Of a stretch of 35,925 nt of DNA, positions 8,763 through 21,420 are shown piece after piece. Position 1 is the first letter of the stretch; the number at the start of each line of letters is the position of its first letter. The DNA is from Octopus bimaculoides (taxonomy: Eukaryota): the NCBI RefSeq assembly GCF_001194135.2, contig NC_068987.1:32404073-32439997 (forward strand), written 5' to 3'. Made by a program: the position numbers and the translations under genes. A model generated the notes under the pieces. It was not told the origin of the DNA. It did not search any database and was given only the letters and a program-made list of their open reading frames with translations.

Positions 8763-10103
8763 AGCCACCCTTGCACCTATGCCCACTCCTGCGCCTATTG
8801 TTTAAGAGTATCAAATACATTTGATAACTATGACTAAATAAAAAAAGGAAACTGCTCTGTCCAATGAGCTTTATCCTGAAAGATAAACGTTTTCACTCTT
8901 CACCGTGGACACATACTGACATAGAGAAACTCCCTTGAATTTAACTAAACAATATGCATTGTCAGATGAACTTATTTATAAATATTGTGAAACGCAGCTT
9001 CCTTGGGTTCCTGCTTTAATATATAAATATGCATCAATTGATTTAACATACAACACTGAACGAGCGATATGTCATATAATATAAAAGAAATGATATAGTT
9101 ATGTTGCGTCGACGCCTCCAAGCGAAGAAGTAGGCTCGACCAAGACATATAAATAGAAGTAGTCTGACCGTGGTAGGTATTAACTAACGGTGGACTGACA
9201 GTTGAGTAGCCGTCGTGTAGCGGTTGAGTAGAGGTCGTCCGAAGGTACTAGATAGCAGTAACTTGAGACATAAGTTACAAAATAGAAAAAATGATATAAC
9301 ATAAAATATAGAAGTGATATACTATAGAACTTAGAACTGATATATTCGATAATATGTAGAAGTTATGTAAATATAACAGCAACAGTATACCGTTTAGCAT
9401 ATGTAGCAAAGAACGGATGATATACCACATAAAACAGATAGTGGATATACCACATAGCGTGGTTTTACTACAAGAGTTATATATAACATCACACAGAAAT
9501 GATATAAAANNNNNNNNNNNNNNNNNNNNNNNNNNNNNNNNNNNNNNNNNNNNNNNNNNNNNNNNNNNNNNNNNNNNNNNNNNNNNNNNNNNNNNNNNNN
9601 NNNNNNNNNNNNNNNNNNNNNNNNNNNNNNNNNNNNNNNNNNNNNNNNNNNNNNNNNNNNNNNNNNNNNNNNNNNNNNNNNNNNNNNNNNNNNNNNNNNN
9701 NNNNNNNNNNNNNNNNNNNNNNNNNNNNNNNNNNNNNNNNNNNNNNNNNNNNNNNNNNNNNNNNNNNNNNNNNNNNNNNNNNNNNNNNNNNNNNNNNNNN
9801 NNNNNNNNNNNNNNNNNNNNNNNNNNNNNNNNNNNNNNNNNNNNNNNNNNNNNNNNNNNNNNNNNNNNNNNNNNNNNNNNNNNNNNNNNNNNNNNNNNNN
9901 NNNNNNNNNNNNNNNNNNNNNNNNNNNNNNNNNNNNNNNNNNNNNNNNNNNNNNNNNNNNNNNNNNNNNNNNNNNNNNNNNNNNNNNNNNNNNNNNNNNN
10001 NNNNNNNNNNNNNNNNNNNNNNNNNNNNNNNNNNNNNNNNNNNNNNNNNNNNNNNNNNNNNNNNNNNNNNNNNNNNNNNNNNNNNNNNNNNNNNNNNNNN
10101 NNN

Positions 10104-10403
10104 TTATTGAGCGAAAACATCTAAAGCTCCACGAGGCTCCGGCAGGGGATGGTGGCGAACCCTGCTGTACTCTTTCACCACAACTTTCTCTCACTCTTTC
10201 TTCCTGCTTCTGTTGTACCTGTATTTCAAAGGGCCAGACTTGTCACACTGTGTCACGCTGAATATCCTCGAGAACTACATTAAGAGTACACGTGTCTGTG
10301 GAATGCTCAGCCACTTGCACGTTAATTTCACGAGCAGGCTGTTCCGTTGATCGGATCAACTGGAACCCTCGACGTCGTAAGCGATGGAGTGCCAACAACA
10401 ACA
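10104..10403 (+). mobile_element. 3' end of a (CAA)n-tailed retroelement (LINE 3' UTR or LINE-derived SINE)
   Basis: Highly similar second copy at 14669-14913; both end GGAGTGCCAACAACAAC; 5' part lost in a gap. Confidence 0.8.
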
Positions 10404-10899
10404 ATGATATACTAAACCAAATTAAACGATCTATTAAATGCAGTGTTTGGGTTGTTTTAGCAATACAATATAATACTTCAAGAATATCTTCCCATTACAT
10501 AAATTAATTTTGCATTTTCAGATTAATACAACGTTATAACATTCCAAATTCCAATATAAAGAACTTTCTACACAGTTTCGCTTCTGATTTGGTTGCTTAG
10601 CATATTTATTAAATCAATCCTGGAATTAAAAGAAGAAAGGAAAAAAGCCCTCGCGGTATGATATGCGAATTTCACTGCATCATCATATTATGTTTCAATG
10701 GGAAAGAAAGTTTTAATGGGAAAGAAAGCAAACAAAAAGATATGTTTTAGATTTCAAGGAATATAAAGATACTTTAAAGTCAAGATTACATTGTGTACCG
10801 CTTCATTTATAAGAGCACAAAGCTATGCAACATCTTAAATTACTTTCCAAACATGCTACTTTAATGTTGATTGAGGTAAGAATTTTATAAGATGCTTAA

Positions 10900-12640
10900 A
10901 AAAATGACAAACACTCCAAAAAGCGTACTTGCATATATCTAGGTGATTACGAAGTAAAGATTTGAACAGATGCACTTGATACTTAATGGGAGATTTGGTA
11001 AATATAACTTGGAGAAAATTGACAACACGAAAGTAAGATTATCAGAATTTTTAAACAACACAAACTAATTACGGTAAACAATGCATCATTAAATGCAATA
11101 ATGAACAATATATATCACACACATGGTGGGAATGGGTTGGGGAATGTTTAATAACCAGATTAATTGTATTTAATGCCCAAAAGATTAAGTCTAAATGGGC
11201 GCAGAATCTAGAATTTTCTTGGTACATATATAGGCAGAAATCTAGGCGCTTCATAATTACAATAAAAGTTTATCTGAAATCGATAAAGCAGGACAAAAAT
11301 GCAAGAATAAAACATAGCTTTCAAGCATTTAAAAACCCGAACATAGCAGGAGAATTTACAGGATATATAGAAAGTATATTCACACTTTTGTTATTAAATG
11401 TTCCAGAATTAACGAGAACCTTTGAAATAAATAACAGCCGTGTGAAATATTGGCAAAAGTAAGAAAGTTAAGAATCATTGCAGAAATAAAACTGTTTCAA
11501 ACAGTTGTAATGAAAGAGAGGTCTGAAACAGAAACAATATGGAAATGTAAGCAGCAGAAATCGAATATAGATCGGTCAATGGGAAAATAAAAATAGAAAT
11601 TAGAGCAGCAGAAGATAATGAAAGGTGTGAATAAATAGAAAGAAGTCAAAGAGCAAACTCTCAAAAGTATACTGAATGGTTGAAGATCTAAAGAAATGGG
11701 TACTTAAATGTCAAGTAGTTGAGGATAAATAAGATAATTTACTATGCACAGCAAAATGAATGACAGATGAATAGAATAGTTTTGTAACTAATAATGATAT
11801 AACAGTGCAAATTTTCCTCCACAATGTGCTTTAATTTCACTATCCAACAATGTATAGCTATATTGCTCTACTTGTTAGAATGAATTTCCCCACCACCACG
11901 CTCCAAACTAGCGAAACACAGGGGATGTCCTCCAAGAATGGAGAAACAACATTGAGTAGATTTGTAGCGTTAATATTCTAGGAAAAATAATTGGATGAGC
12001 AGCCAGACCTTGAACACAACATTATTGACTTAATAAAACTTTTTGAGAGTATGATATGGAACACTATAGCTTAATACGAGAGCGTATAACATCGACCTCT
12101 CTTCGTATATGGAGATGGAGTTAAAGATCAAACAACAAGTCTTGATATAATTACGAGAAGATATACAATTGAAGTAAGAAGTGGAAAAGTAGAAATAATG
12201 ATAATTAGGAAAAATAAAAAGGAAATATTCAGCCCCATTGAAAGAGCAGAGAAGAATCTCATGTATTTTTAGCGTTTGTGCAGAACAATAACGGAAGATA
12301 TGAGATCAAAGGAAGTAGTAAAATGATGGATTGCAGTAGCTACAGTGGCTTTGGCAAAATTAGACACCATTTGGGAAACAAAAATTCGTTTATTTTAAGA
12401 GCAATAGTAATTTTAACGACACTTTATGGGTGCGAATCATGGACGTTAGATGCTAAAAGTGAGAAAAAGATGGTTTTTCAAATGAAAAGTTATTGGAAGA
12501 TGCTTCGCATTCCATATACAGAACACAGAGCTAATGAGAATATTCAGAAAGAAATTGCTGGAAAAACTGATAATCGGGAATAATGGCGGGAGGAGGTCGT
12601 GTCTCTTTCTGTGTGTCTACAGCAACCATAGACCATGGAT
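10900..12640 (+). mobile_element. Heavily decayed RTE-clade LINE ORF (AP endonuclease, RT and C-terminal remnants)
   Basis: Fragments LGDYEVKI*TDA, GRFG, HTW..NQINCI (APE motifs GDxNAKVG, TW, NQIDY); 12278-12583 gives TTLYGCESWTL..KKMVFQMKSYWKMLRIPYTEHRANENI, the typical RTE LYGCESWTL...RMLRI.W..HR.NE block; many stops and frameshifts. Confidence 0.8.
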
Positions 12641-13130
12641 TTTCATTGATTGAATATTTGCATATCGCAGAAGAAGAACAAAAACAAAAAAATGAAAACA
12701 ATCTAAGCATAGTAAATTATAGTGCAGCATCTGAATCATTCTGCAGTCCTGGATATTTGAAGTATCGAAGCAAATATGGTAATCACATCATTAAGGATTC
12801 ATGGCAGCCAAGCCATGGGAAACGGCAAACAAAAACTAAACATTTTAGCGAGTGAAAAAAAAGCAAAAATGTAAGCTACACAATTCCCATATAAAACATC
12901 CATTTTCAAGGGTCGCTCTACATTGTCCCTTCTACTTTTTAATTTAGCATCGCCACCCGAATCTAGTGAACCAAACTAGAAGCAGTTAAGGCGGAAATGT
13001 AGAAGTGAAAATCCATATGTTATATGTAGATGAGCCAAACTGTTGCAAGAGGCGGCTACCAAGCATGGATTTTGAAAAGCCGTCGGAATGAACAGAGGGT
13101 TTAGAATTGTACTAAAGCTATCTTAAAGAC
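12640..13130 (+). mobile_element. Decayed RT fragment of an R4/Dong-like non-LTR retrotransposon
   Basis: EEQKQKNENNLSIVNYSAASESF (~KKKNLSMAWIDYKKAFDS), IFKGRSTLSLLLFNLA (~IFQGDSLSPLLF) and HMLYVDE (~HLLYMDD) appear in the correct order. Confidence 0.6.
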
Positions 13131-13289
13131 AAATAATGATAATAATAAATAAACAACGTTAAGACAGATAAAGATGAAGAACTCTAAAATCCAAATCAAG
13201 AACAGATTTATAACTGCCATTTCAAAGAATATAACAAACAACGGCGGCGGATTGAATAAATGCATTTAAACCTAATCTGTTGTCTAGAT

Positions 13290-13490
13290 TAAATCCACCA
13301 TCACCACCACCAGTACCATTACCGTCACCATCCTTATTGTCGTTCACCTCGTCGCCGCCAAGACCTGCACCAACATCAACATTACCATCACCAGCACCAG
13401 CACCACCAGTACCACCACCACCACCACCACCACCACCAGGAACAACAGCAGCAGCAGCACCACCACCACCACCACCATCGCCACAATCAT
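13290..13490. repeat. (ACC/AGC)n trinucleotide low-complexity tract
   Basis: Direct reading; source of the poly-Pro/poly-Gly ORFs. Confidence 0.95.
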
Positions 13491-13778
13491 CTGACACTCC
13501 AATGACTTTAAAATTGTGCGTTATGTTAAAAGCTTTGAATCCAGGTATTCAGTCTGTGGAGGACGATTCAATACCATGAGTTACTGCTTGCATCTATAAC
13601 AAACCATTTTTCGTAGTCTCTTTCTTCACGTACCTCAAAAACACCAGAGAGGGTTATATTTCCTTCCCTGAACAGACTATACTATTCAAAGGCTTGAAAC
13701 TAGACTTCTAACATATATACACAAATGCATATATACATGCATGCTTAAACATAGATTTATGTGCATTATGTACGCGTA

Positions 13779-13956
13779 GGCGCAGGCGTGGATGTGTGGT
13801 AAGAAGCTTACTTCTCAACCACCTGATTTCAGGTTCAGTGCCACTGCGTGCCGCCTTGGGCAAGTGTCTTCTACTATTGCCTTGGGCCAACCAAAGCCTT
13901 GTGAGTGGATTTGGTAGACGAAAACTGAAAGAAGACCGTTATATATATATATATAT
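13779..13956 (+). mobile_element. SINE family A, 5' half running into a gap
   Basis: GGCGCAGGCGTGG.TGTGTGGTAAGAAGC...GTGAGTGGATTTGGTAGACG.AAACTGAAAGAAG. Confidence 0.9.
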
Positions 13957-14668
13957 NNNNNNNNNNNNNNNNNNNNNNNNNNNNNNNNNNNNNNNNNNNN
14001 NNNNNNNNNNNNNNNNNNNNNNNNNNNNNNNNNNNNNNNNNNNNNNNNNNNNNNNNNNNNNNNNNNNNNNNNNNNNNNNNNNNNNNNNNNNNNNNNNNNN
14101 NNNNNNNNNNNNNNNNNNNNNNNNNNNNNNNNNNNNNNNNNNNNNNNNNNNNNNNNNNNNNNNNNNNNNNNNNNNNNNNNNNNNNNNNNNNNNNNNNNNN
14201 NNNNNNNNNNNNNNNNNNNNNNNNNNNNNNNNNNNNNNNNNNNNNNNNNNNNNNNNNNNNNNNNNNNNNNNNNNNNNNNNNNNNNNNNNNNNNNNNNNNN
14301 NNNNNNNNNNNNNNNNNNNNNNNNNNNNNNNNNNNNNNNNNNNNNNNNNNNNNNNNNNNNNNNNNNNNNNNNNNNNNNNNNNNNNNNNNNNNNNNNNNNN
14401 NNNNNNNNNNNNNNNNNNNNNNNNNNNNNNNNNNNNNNNNNNNNNNNNNNNNNNNNNNNNNNNNNNNNNNNNNNNNNNNNNNNNNNNNNNNNNNNNNNNN
14501 NNNNNNNNNNNNNNNNNNNNNNNNNNNNNNNNNNNNNNNNNNNNNNNNNNNNNNNNNNNNNNNNNNNNNNNNNNNNNNNNNNNNNNNNNNNNNNNNNNNN
14601 NNNNNNNNNNNNNNNNNNNNNNNNNNNNNNNNNNNNNNNNNNNNNNNNNNNNNNNNNNNNNNNNNNNN

Positions 14669-14913
14669 CTGCTGTACTCTTTCACCACAACTTTCTCTCA
14701 CTCTTACTTCCTGTTTCAGTTGTGCCTGTAATTCAAAGGGTCAGCCTTGTCACACTGTGTCACGCTGAATATCCCCGAGAACTACATTAAAGGTACACGT
14801 GTCTGTGGAGTGCTCAGCCACTTGCACGTTAATTTCACGAGCAGGCTGTTCTGTTGATCGGATCGACTGGAACCCTCGACGTCGTAAGCGACGGAGTGCC
14901 AACAACAACAACA
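14669..14913 (+). mobile_element. Second copy of the (CAA)n-tailed retroelement 3' end
   Basis: Aligns by eye with 10161-10403. Confidence 0.8.
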
Positions 14914-15189
14914 AACCATGTTTCTTAATGTAGCGCTCACATTATGGTTGATAATGGGAACGGGGAAACATATTTTCACCGCTGTACGATATGTTCTTTC
15001 GTGTAATTTAACCTGGCTTAATTTTGCAGTGAAACATATTTTGATCATCCCTATGTTCCCAGAAACTGTCTGTTTGTGAATCACAATTTTATATATGTTG
15101 TTAAATCGTTTCACTAAATTATTCCATATATAGATTTCCAGAACATGCCAGTAATAAAATTGCTATCAACCCTAGTATAGCGACGACCT

Positions 15190-15638
15190 TATGGGAATTA
15201 TATTTAATTAAAGATGGCGACATTTAGAATCAACCATTTCGTGTTCTTTTCTCCAATAATATCCCTCTAATCTTTTGCTATCTTCGAGATCTTTACATAT
15301 TTCATTTTTCAACATTTTTCTTATCCTCGCAATTATTATTTTATTTATTTTGGTATTTTGTCTTCATTTTTTTCTGTATTTCCTATTTCGTCATTAATTC
15401 CTCTTCAAATTCTCAGTAATGATGGAATAATCTAGAAACATCGATATCTGATATTGAAAGAATGTTTATTCCCAGCTCCGTTACGTAACCGTGTATAGAA
15501 AAGAAAGTGAAAAAAAACATGGAAAGAAAGAAAAAACGAATTGAAGCTGCAGAAAGACTTGAGTTAGGAATGAAAAAGAAGGCAGATATTAAATTTATGT
15601 CTAAAAGTCGCCATCTTTAATTAAATATAATCACCATA
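15190..15638. mobile_element. MITE-like / foldback element with ~39-bp inverted termini
   Basis: Perfect 25-bp inverted core ATTATATTTAATTAAAGATGGCGAC at 15197-15221 and 15607-15631; AT-rich interior; no TSD recognised. Confidence 0.6.
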
Positions 15639-15821
15639 GTGTTATAGCTCTATCCAAGTTAATGTCAACTTTGATCAAAACGAAACCTGTTATAAACTGT
15701 AGAACCTTTTAGATCTAATATTGACAGGAGTTTGACATCTAGAAGTGTTGTTAAAGTCGCTTTCAACTGAAGTGGACCCATCAAGTGAACTAACATTTGC
15801 TCCGAATAAAACTATTCTTTA

Positions 15822-15870
<49 letters not shown>

Positions 15871-17464
15871 CAGCAAGGAAAAAGAAGAGAAGCTGGAGAG
15901 GCATAGGAAATTCATTGATAAAAAAGGATACGTTAAGTCAATATAACTGAATAAGAACAAAATGTGAACACCGTGTGTAGTTCTGAATATTAAGCAGAAA
16001 GCAAAAGTAAAAAACAGTAAGCCACACACATACCAGTTGTTCCTATGCTATTATAAGGATACATATTTGTGCCATAAGTTCGTACCTTGAAATACTCACT
16101 TACATGACATTTCGCAAAACGTGGTCTCTCAATTCCGTTACTTTACACCCGTTTCGGGTTGATAAATAAAGTACTTGGTTAGAGCTATAAATCTATTGCA
16201 ATTATATGAAGGTGGCGACTTTCTGACAAATTTTATGTAAGCGTCCTTCTTCATTCGCTGTTCGTTTCCTTCAGTGACTTGAATTAGTATCTTCCCTTCC
16301 TCCTTTATTCGATTATTTTCTTCACACGTTTACGAAACGGACCAGAAACAAATAGTCTCACAACATCTAAGTATCAACTTTTTAAAGATTATTGAACTAT
16401 TTCAAGTTCAGGGCGATGATTTGGCAGAATAGTTGGTGTCGAGTGTGCTGCTTGCGGTAACTGCTCCGACTTTTTGGACGTTCTTAGTTAAAATTCAGTC
16501 TAGTTGACGATGTCTAAGGTTAATCACATCCAACCTACAGTTAGCTTAGTAGAACCAACATAGATAAGGCAGTTATGGTAATGTGGAAGCTTCATCCATC
16601 AGTAGATGGATAATGTCTGAATGGAAAAATCAGTTTCTGTTTAGTCCTATTGATGTTTTCCTTGGAAAATCTGATATTTATTCTCCATGTCATAACTGTG
16701 GCAGTGTTTGAACAACACATTATTCACTGAAACAAATCAAAACACAGGAAGAGAATCCTTAATTAATAAAGTTTTTGACCAATATGAGGAAACATCATCA
16801 GCCGACGATGGAACTTCATGACTGTCCAACTAACAAAAAATAGCAGTCAAATCTCATTCAGATTACATACTATCTCTTAGAAGAATACATTATATAATAT
16901 GGCCCGAGATAAAAAAAGAACAACAACAAAATCAGTATGAGCACGATTGCAATGCCTTTGACCTGGGCAAGTTGGAGGCTGATCAATTACAAAATATCAT
17001 TCAGAAATGCCACGTCTATATAAATGTAATAATATGTATTTCGACATTTCTCGCAAGAAACACAAGATGAAACAGTTGTGGCTGATATGGACTCATGTTC
17101 TCTGTTTAGGCAGTTCAATACCTTGTCTATGTTGAGCTAGGCTTCTTCTAGCTGAGTGGCTTCTTGTTAATTCAATTCCAGCACTCCTAACGTACAAATT
17201 TATCCGTTTTTCTTCAATATCGAGTCCACCTCAATAGAACATTCACTAACCATTTCATCTTGTCCTTCCTCTCTAGAATCTGTTTCCTCTGGAATTCCCC
17301 CTCTACTTTTTCTCTCTCTTTTTCTTTTGCAGTTGTCAACTTGACATTAATTTCGTTAATCTCATTTGCTTTGGTGGGGATGTGAATACCATGCTAAAGC
17401 TTTCTTTTCCAGATCAAATGTTACAAATATTAATAGTCACAGAAAGTCACAGAAAGTCACATAT

Positions 17465-17590
17465 GATAACACACACACACACACACACACAGACACACAC
17501 AGACACATAGACACACACACAGACACACATACACAGACACACAGACACAGACACAGACACGCACACACACACAAGCATACATACATGTAA
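17465..17590. repeat. (CA)n/(GACA)n microsatellite
   Basis: Direct reading. Confidence 0.97.
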
Positions 17591-17664
17591 GAGCAGAAAG
17601 AACAGTGGATTGCAAAACATAACAATTAGTGGTGGATAACCGAATCAGTAGAGACAAAACAACT

Positions 17665-17875
17665 AGGGGTATTTCGAATCAATGCAAGAGCCTTTATGTA
17701 GTCACTCGATGTTCTGGAAATAACAGCTACATTAACTTAAATCACATAATAGTCTTACTTTAGATAATATGGCTCTGAGTTCACATATTTAAAAGATAGG
17801 ACTATCACAGTTGGGCTGCCTTTGATCATTGTCTGATCGATTAAGGCTGTCTTGTGTCTGAACAAGTATAACAAC
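17665..17875 (+). mobile_element. Old degenerate interspersed-repeat 3' fragment ending in an AAC-rich tail; weaker relatives near 560-820 and 16800-16900
   Basis: Shared TAGAAATAGCAGCCAAATC-like word and CTTTGATCAT..GTCTG.TCGAT motif; identity low. Confidence 0.4.
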
Positions 17876-18296
17876 TTTTACTGGGTATTTCGTTAATACC
17901 CCTATATTAACGTCACTTATATTTACGGTTCGTGTTCAAATATAAACACTATAAACTTCGTTTCACATGCTTCCAGGGTCATAAAGATCTTATTATGTCA
18001 CCATAGAGAACGTGTGTCGTCTTATGGTGACATAAAGATGTCTCTTTATGTCACCATAAAGAGCCATCTGTACGTCATTCGATTATAGGTATAAATGCTA
18101 CTACAACACGGCATCGCACCCCGAGGCTCTCTGATTAGTACCTCGTGACAGATCATAGGGAAATGACCAGAGGTCACAAGAAGTCGCAGGTTTTACCTCA
18201 GAGTGTTCCTCTCTCAGAAGGTTCCTCACCCACAGTGGTTTTACTGCACACCCTCAGACTAGCCTACAGTATTTCTACATCCCATATATATATTTA

Positions 18297-18528
18297 TATT
18301 TCTTTATTGCCCACAGGGTTCTAAACATAGAGGGGACAAACAAGGACAGACAAAGGGATTAAGTCGATTACATCGACCTCAGTACGTAACTGGTACTTAT
18401 TTAATCGACCCCGAAAGGATGAAAGACAAAGTCGACTTCGGCGGAATTTGAACTCAGAATGTAACGGCAGACGAAATACAGCTAAGCATTTCGCTCGGCG
18501 TGCTAACGTTTCTGCCAGCTCGCCGTCC
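18297..18528 (-). mobile_element. SINE family B, well-preserved full-length copy
   Basis: Reverse complement reads GGCGAGCTGGCAGAAACGTTAGCACGCCG..GAAATGCTTAG..TCTGAGTTCAAATTCCGCCGAAGTCGACTTTG.CTTTCATCCTTTCGGGGTCGAT; tRNA-like A/B boxes. Confidence 0.9.
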
Positions 18529-18530
18529 TC

Positions 18531-18561
<31 letters not shown>

Positions 18562-18589
18562 TACATACATCTATGTATATATGCACACA

Positions 18590-18633
<44 letters not shown>

Positions 18634-18999
18634 ACAGGCATCATGGAGTTACCATCAACTAAATTGTTGCACTTCCTTGTTAATGGACAGTCCGGGCTAC
18701 ATCCAAAGATATTTGGTCAAGGTACCACATTGACTGACAGAATCTAGAAGCATGTGATTGAGAAGTCAACATGTTAGCAATACATCAAAACGAGAGCCCA
18801 TAACGTAAGAGGTTTGGGTACACCGTATTAGACATTTCCAATCATACTTGTAGTTGAGTGAGTATGCGCGTGCGCGTGTCCTATTATCAAATGAAACAAA
18901 CAAAACTCACTACTTTAAAATTTATTTCTGAAGCACAAAAATGAAACGACATAAAATTGCCATTTTATACAAATATATACTTAGTAAACACAGATCATC

Positions 19000-19670
19000 G
19001 TCGAAGTCGTCGCTGCCACTGCTGTCGTCATCATAACCAGCACCACCACCACTACCACCAGCATCTCCCCACCACCGCCATCATCATCATAATCAGTAAT
19101 TTTAATACAAATAATAACAACAACAATTGAATAACGACAATAAAGTGACAGCAGCAACACGTAAGAGCTAAAACAACAGCGACAACATCAGCAGCAACAA
19201 CAACAACACGCATCACGAACAGAACAATAAAACACTCGACAAATTCGGCAACAGCTAACAACACACTTCATGCAAATGGAAATATTAATAAAGTCACGCA
19301 CACATACACACTACACCTACACATATGCACATACAAAGACACGTACCCACGCATACACGTATATATACACAGCTAGATGCACACATAAACGTACATACAC
19401 ACATAGATACACAAACGAATATACAGAACTATGCACAGTTGGAAATATAAACAGCAAAATGCTAAATAAAATACATATAAAAATATAGAAATGATAAATC
19501 AGAAAATCAATCTTTAAAAGGCAAACCACCATCTTTGTCTAAACGCAAACAACTATTGCACACTCGCCATGCAGCACCCATTATGAACCCTCTACCAATC
19601 TCTATCCCTTATCATCACCATCACAATCACAAGCACTATCCTTATCTTCTTCGTCGTCCTTCTCATCATC

Positions 19671-19702
<32 letters not shown>

Positions 19703-19821
19703 CATCATCGCCATCACTACCACAACCACCACTACAACCGCCACCGCCGCCGCTTCCACTACCACCACTACTACAACCAGCACCATGACCACCCGCTTCC
19801 TCCTCCACCTCCTCGTAATCG

Positions 19822-19859
<38 letters not shown>

Positions 19860-19890
19860 GTCATCATCATCATCGTCATCATCAATGACG
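19000..19890. repeat. Trinucleotide (CAT/CAC/AAC)n and dinucleotide microsatellite field
   Basis: Direct reading; poly-His/Met/Asp ORFs in all frames are its artefacts. Confidence 0.95.
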
Positions 19891-20554
19891 TGACCACCAT
19901 TATTTTTTTTTTAATACTCCCAACCCGACGAAATATCTGAATGAAATTGGAAGTTAAAGGAATAAACTAAATTGTTTCAGAACAAAATTTCTCATACAGA
20001 AATCAATGTAATGCTGATAGAAATAACAAAATGTCTCTCCCATTCTCCTTTCTCTGAAACTGCGTCTACACCTTTCTCTTCCAACCTCTGTCTCTCTATC
20101 CTTTTCTCTCTCTCCTATGTCAGACAAAAACCTCTAATAAACTGCTTTATTTAGTTTTTATTCCAGCCTCCATCTCCAATGTTTTTATATCCACGTTAAT
20201 ATTTCCTGTCTGTCTGTCATGCAGACAAAAAGCTTTTAATGGACAAGTTAGAAATAATATATTATTATATTTTATATATTTTTAAAACTATTTTTCATTT
20301 CATCTCCTCATTTCTAAATTCGCGTTGTTTTTTTTCTTCTCCCCTACCACCTTGGAAGAGCTAACCCCACACCACTGTTTCTTTAGAGGTGGGTGAGATG
20401 TGGGTCGAGGTGGATTTCATTCTTGTCGTCCTGTAGCAAATAAAGGCATTTATTGCTGGCGTTATTTTTTTTATATCAATATTATTATTGTTGTGGAGTT
20501 GTTGTTTTACGCTTGTATGTCTGCGCGTTTACGTTGAAGGTTTTATCGTTAAAA

Positions 20555-20790
20555 CCACCGCCACCACCACCACCACCACCACCACCACCACCATCATCAT
20601 CATCATAGTTGTCGTCATCGACGTCGATTCCGTCGTCATCGCCATTCTATAGCTTGAAGTCTCTTTGCTACAACCAACGACTTTGTAAATATCAATTTGC
20701 TGACAATGACAATGATGACAATGATCATGATGATTACGGTGATAGCGATGATGATGATGATGATGATGATGATTATCGTTATCGTCGTCG
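20555..20790. repeat. (ACC)n/(CAT)n/(GAT)n tracts
   Basis: Direct reading. Confidence 0.95.
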
Positions 20791-20976
20791 TTTCTACATT
20801 TTTCTTCTGTGTTATTGTGAGTTTATTTCACAGTTAAATGTAATTAAAAACTAAAATCACCCAAGGGAAATAACCCAAATGATGCAATGCCATGAATATG
20901 GATAATCAATTAAAAGCGTGGTGGGCTGAATACTATATGTCAAAATTTCTCATTTAACTGAAATTTATCGTACATA

Positions 20977-21365
20977 GGCGCTGGCGTGGCTGTGTGGTAA
21001 GAAGCTTGCTACTCAGCCACATGGTTCCGGGTTCAGTCCCACTTGGGTAAGTGTCTTCTTCTATAGCCTCGGGCCGACCAAAGCCTTGTGAGTAAATTTT
21101 GTAGACGGAAACTGTATGTATGTATACATAGATACATACATATATATATATCTACGTTTGTGTCTTTGTGTCTGCGTTTGTCCCCCACCACCGCTTGACA
21201 ATCAGTGTTAGTGTGTTTATGTCCCCATATTTAAGCAATTCGGCAAAAGAGACCAACAGAGTAAGTACTAGGTTTAAAAAGTAAGTCCTGGGAACGATTT
21301 GTTCGACTAAAACCGATCAAGGCAGTGCCCCCACACTCGAATGACTGAAAGAAGTAATAGATAAA
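20977..21365 (+). mobile_element. SINE family A, full length
   Basis: Head GGCGCTGGCGTGGCTGTGTGGTAAGAAGC through tail AATGACTGAAAGAAGTAA. Confidence 0.9.
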
Positions 21366-21420
21366 AAACAAAAGATTTAGAAAAAGAAAACTAAAATCTA
21401 GCGGCAGTTAGCAGTTAGCA

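Noticed and set aside
13222-13579. Pro-rich/Gly-rich ORFs resembling formin or WASP-type proteins
   Set aside because: Produced by (ACC)n repeats, open on both strands, no splice signals or flanking domain.
16960-17310. Minus-strand VEGEFQRKQ..KWLVNV, reminiscent of an RTE C-terminus
   Set aside because: Too short and degenerate to call.
19535-19900. Poly-His ORF suggesting a metal-binding or histidine-rich beak protein
   Set aside because: Pure (CAT)n/(CAC)n microsatellite, open in several frames.
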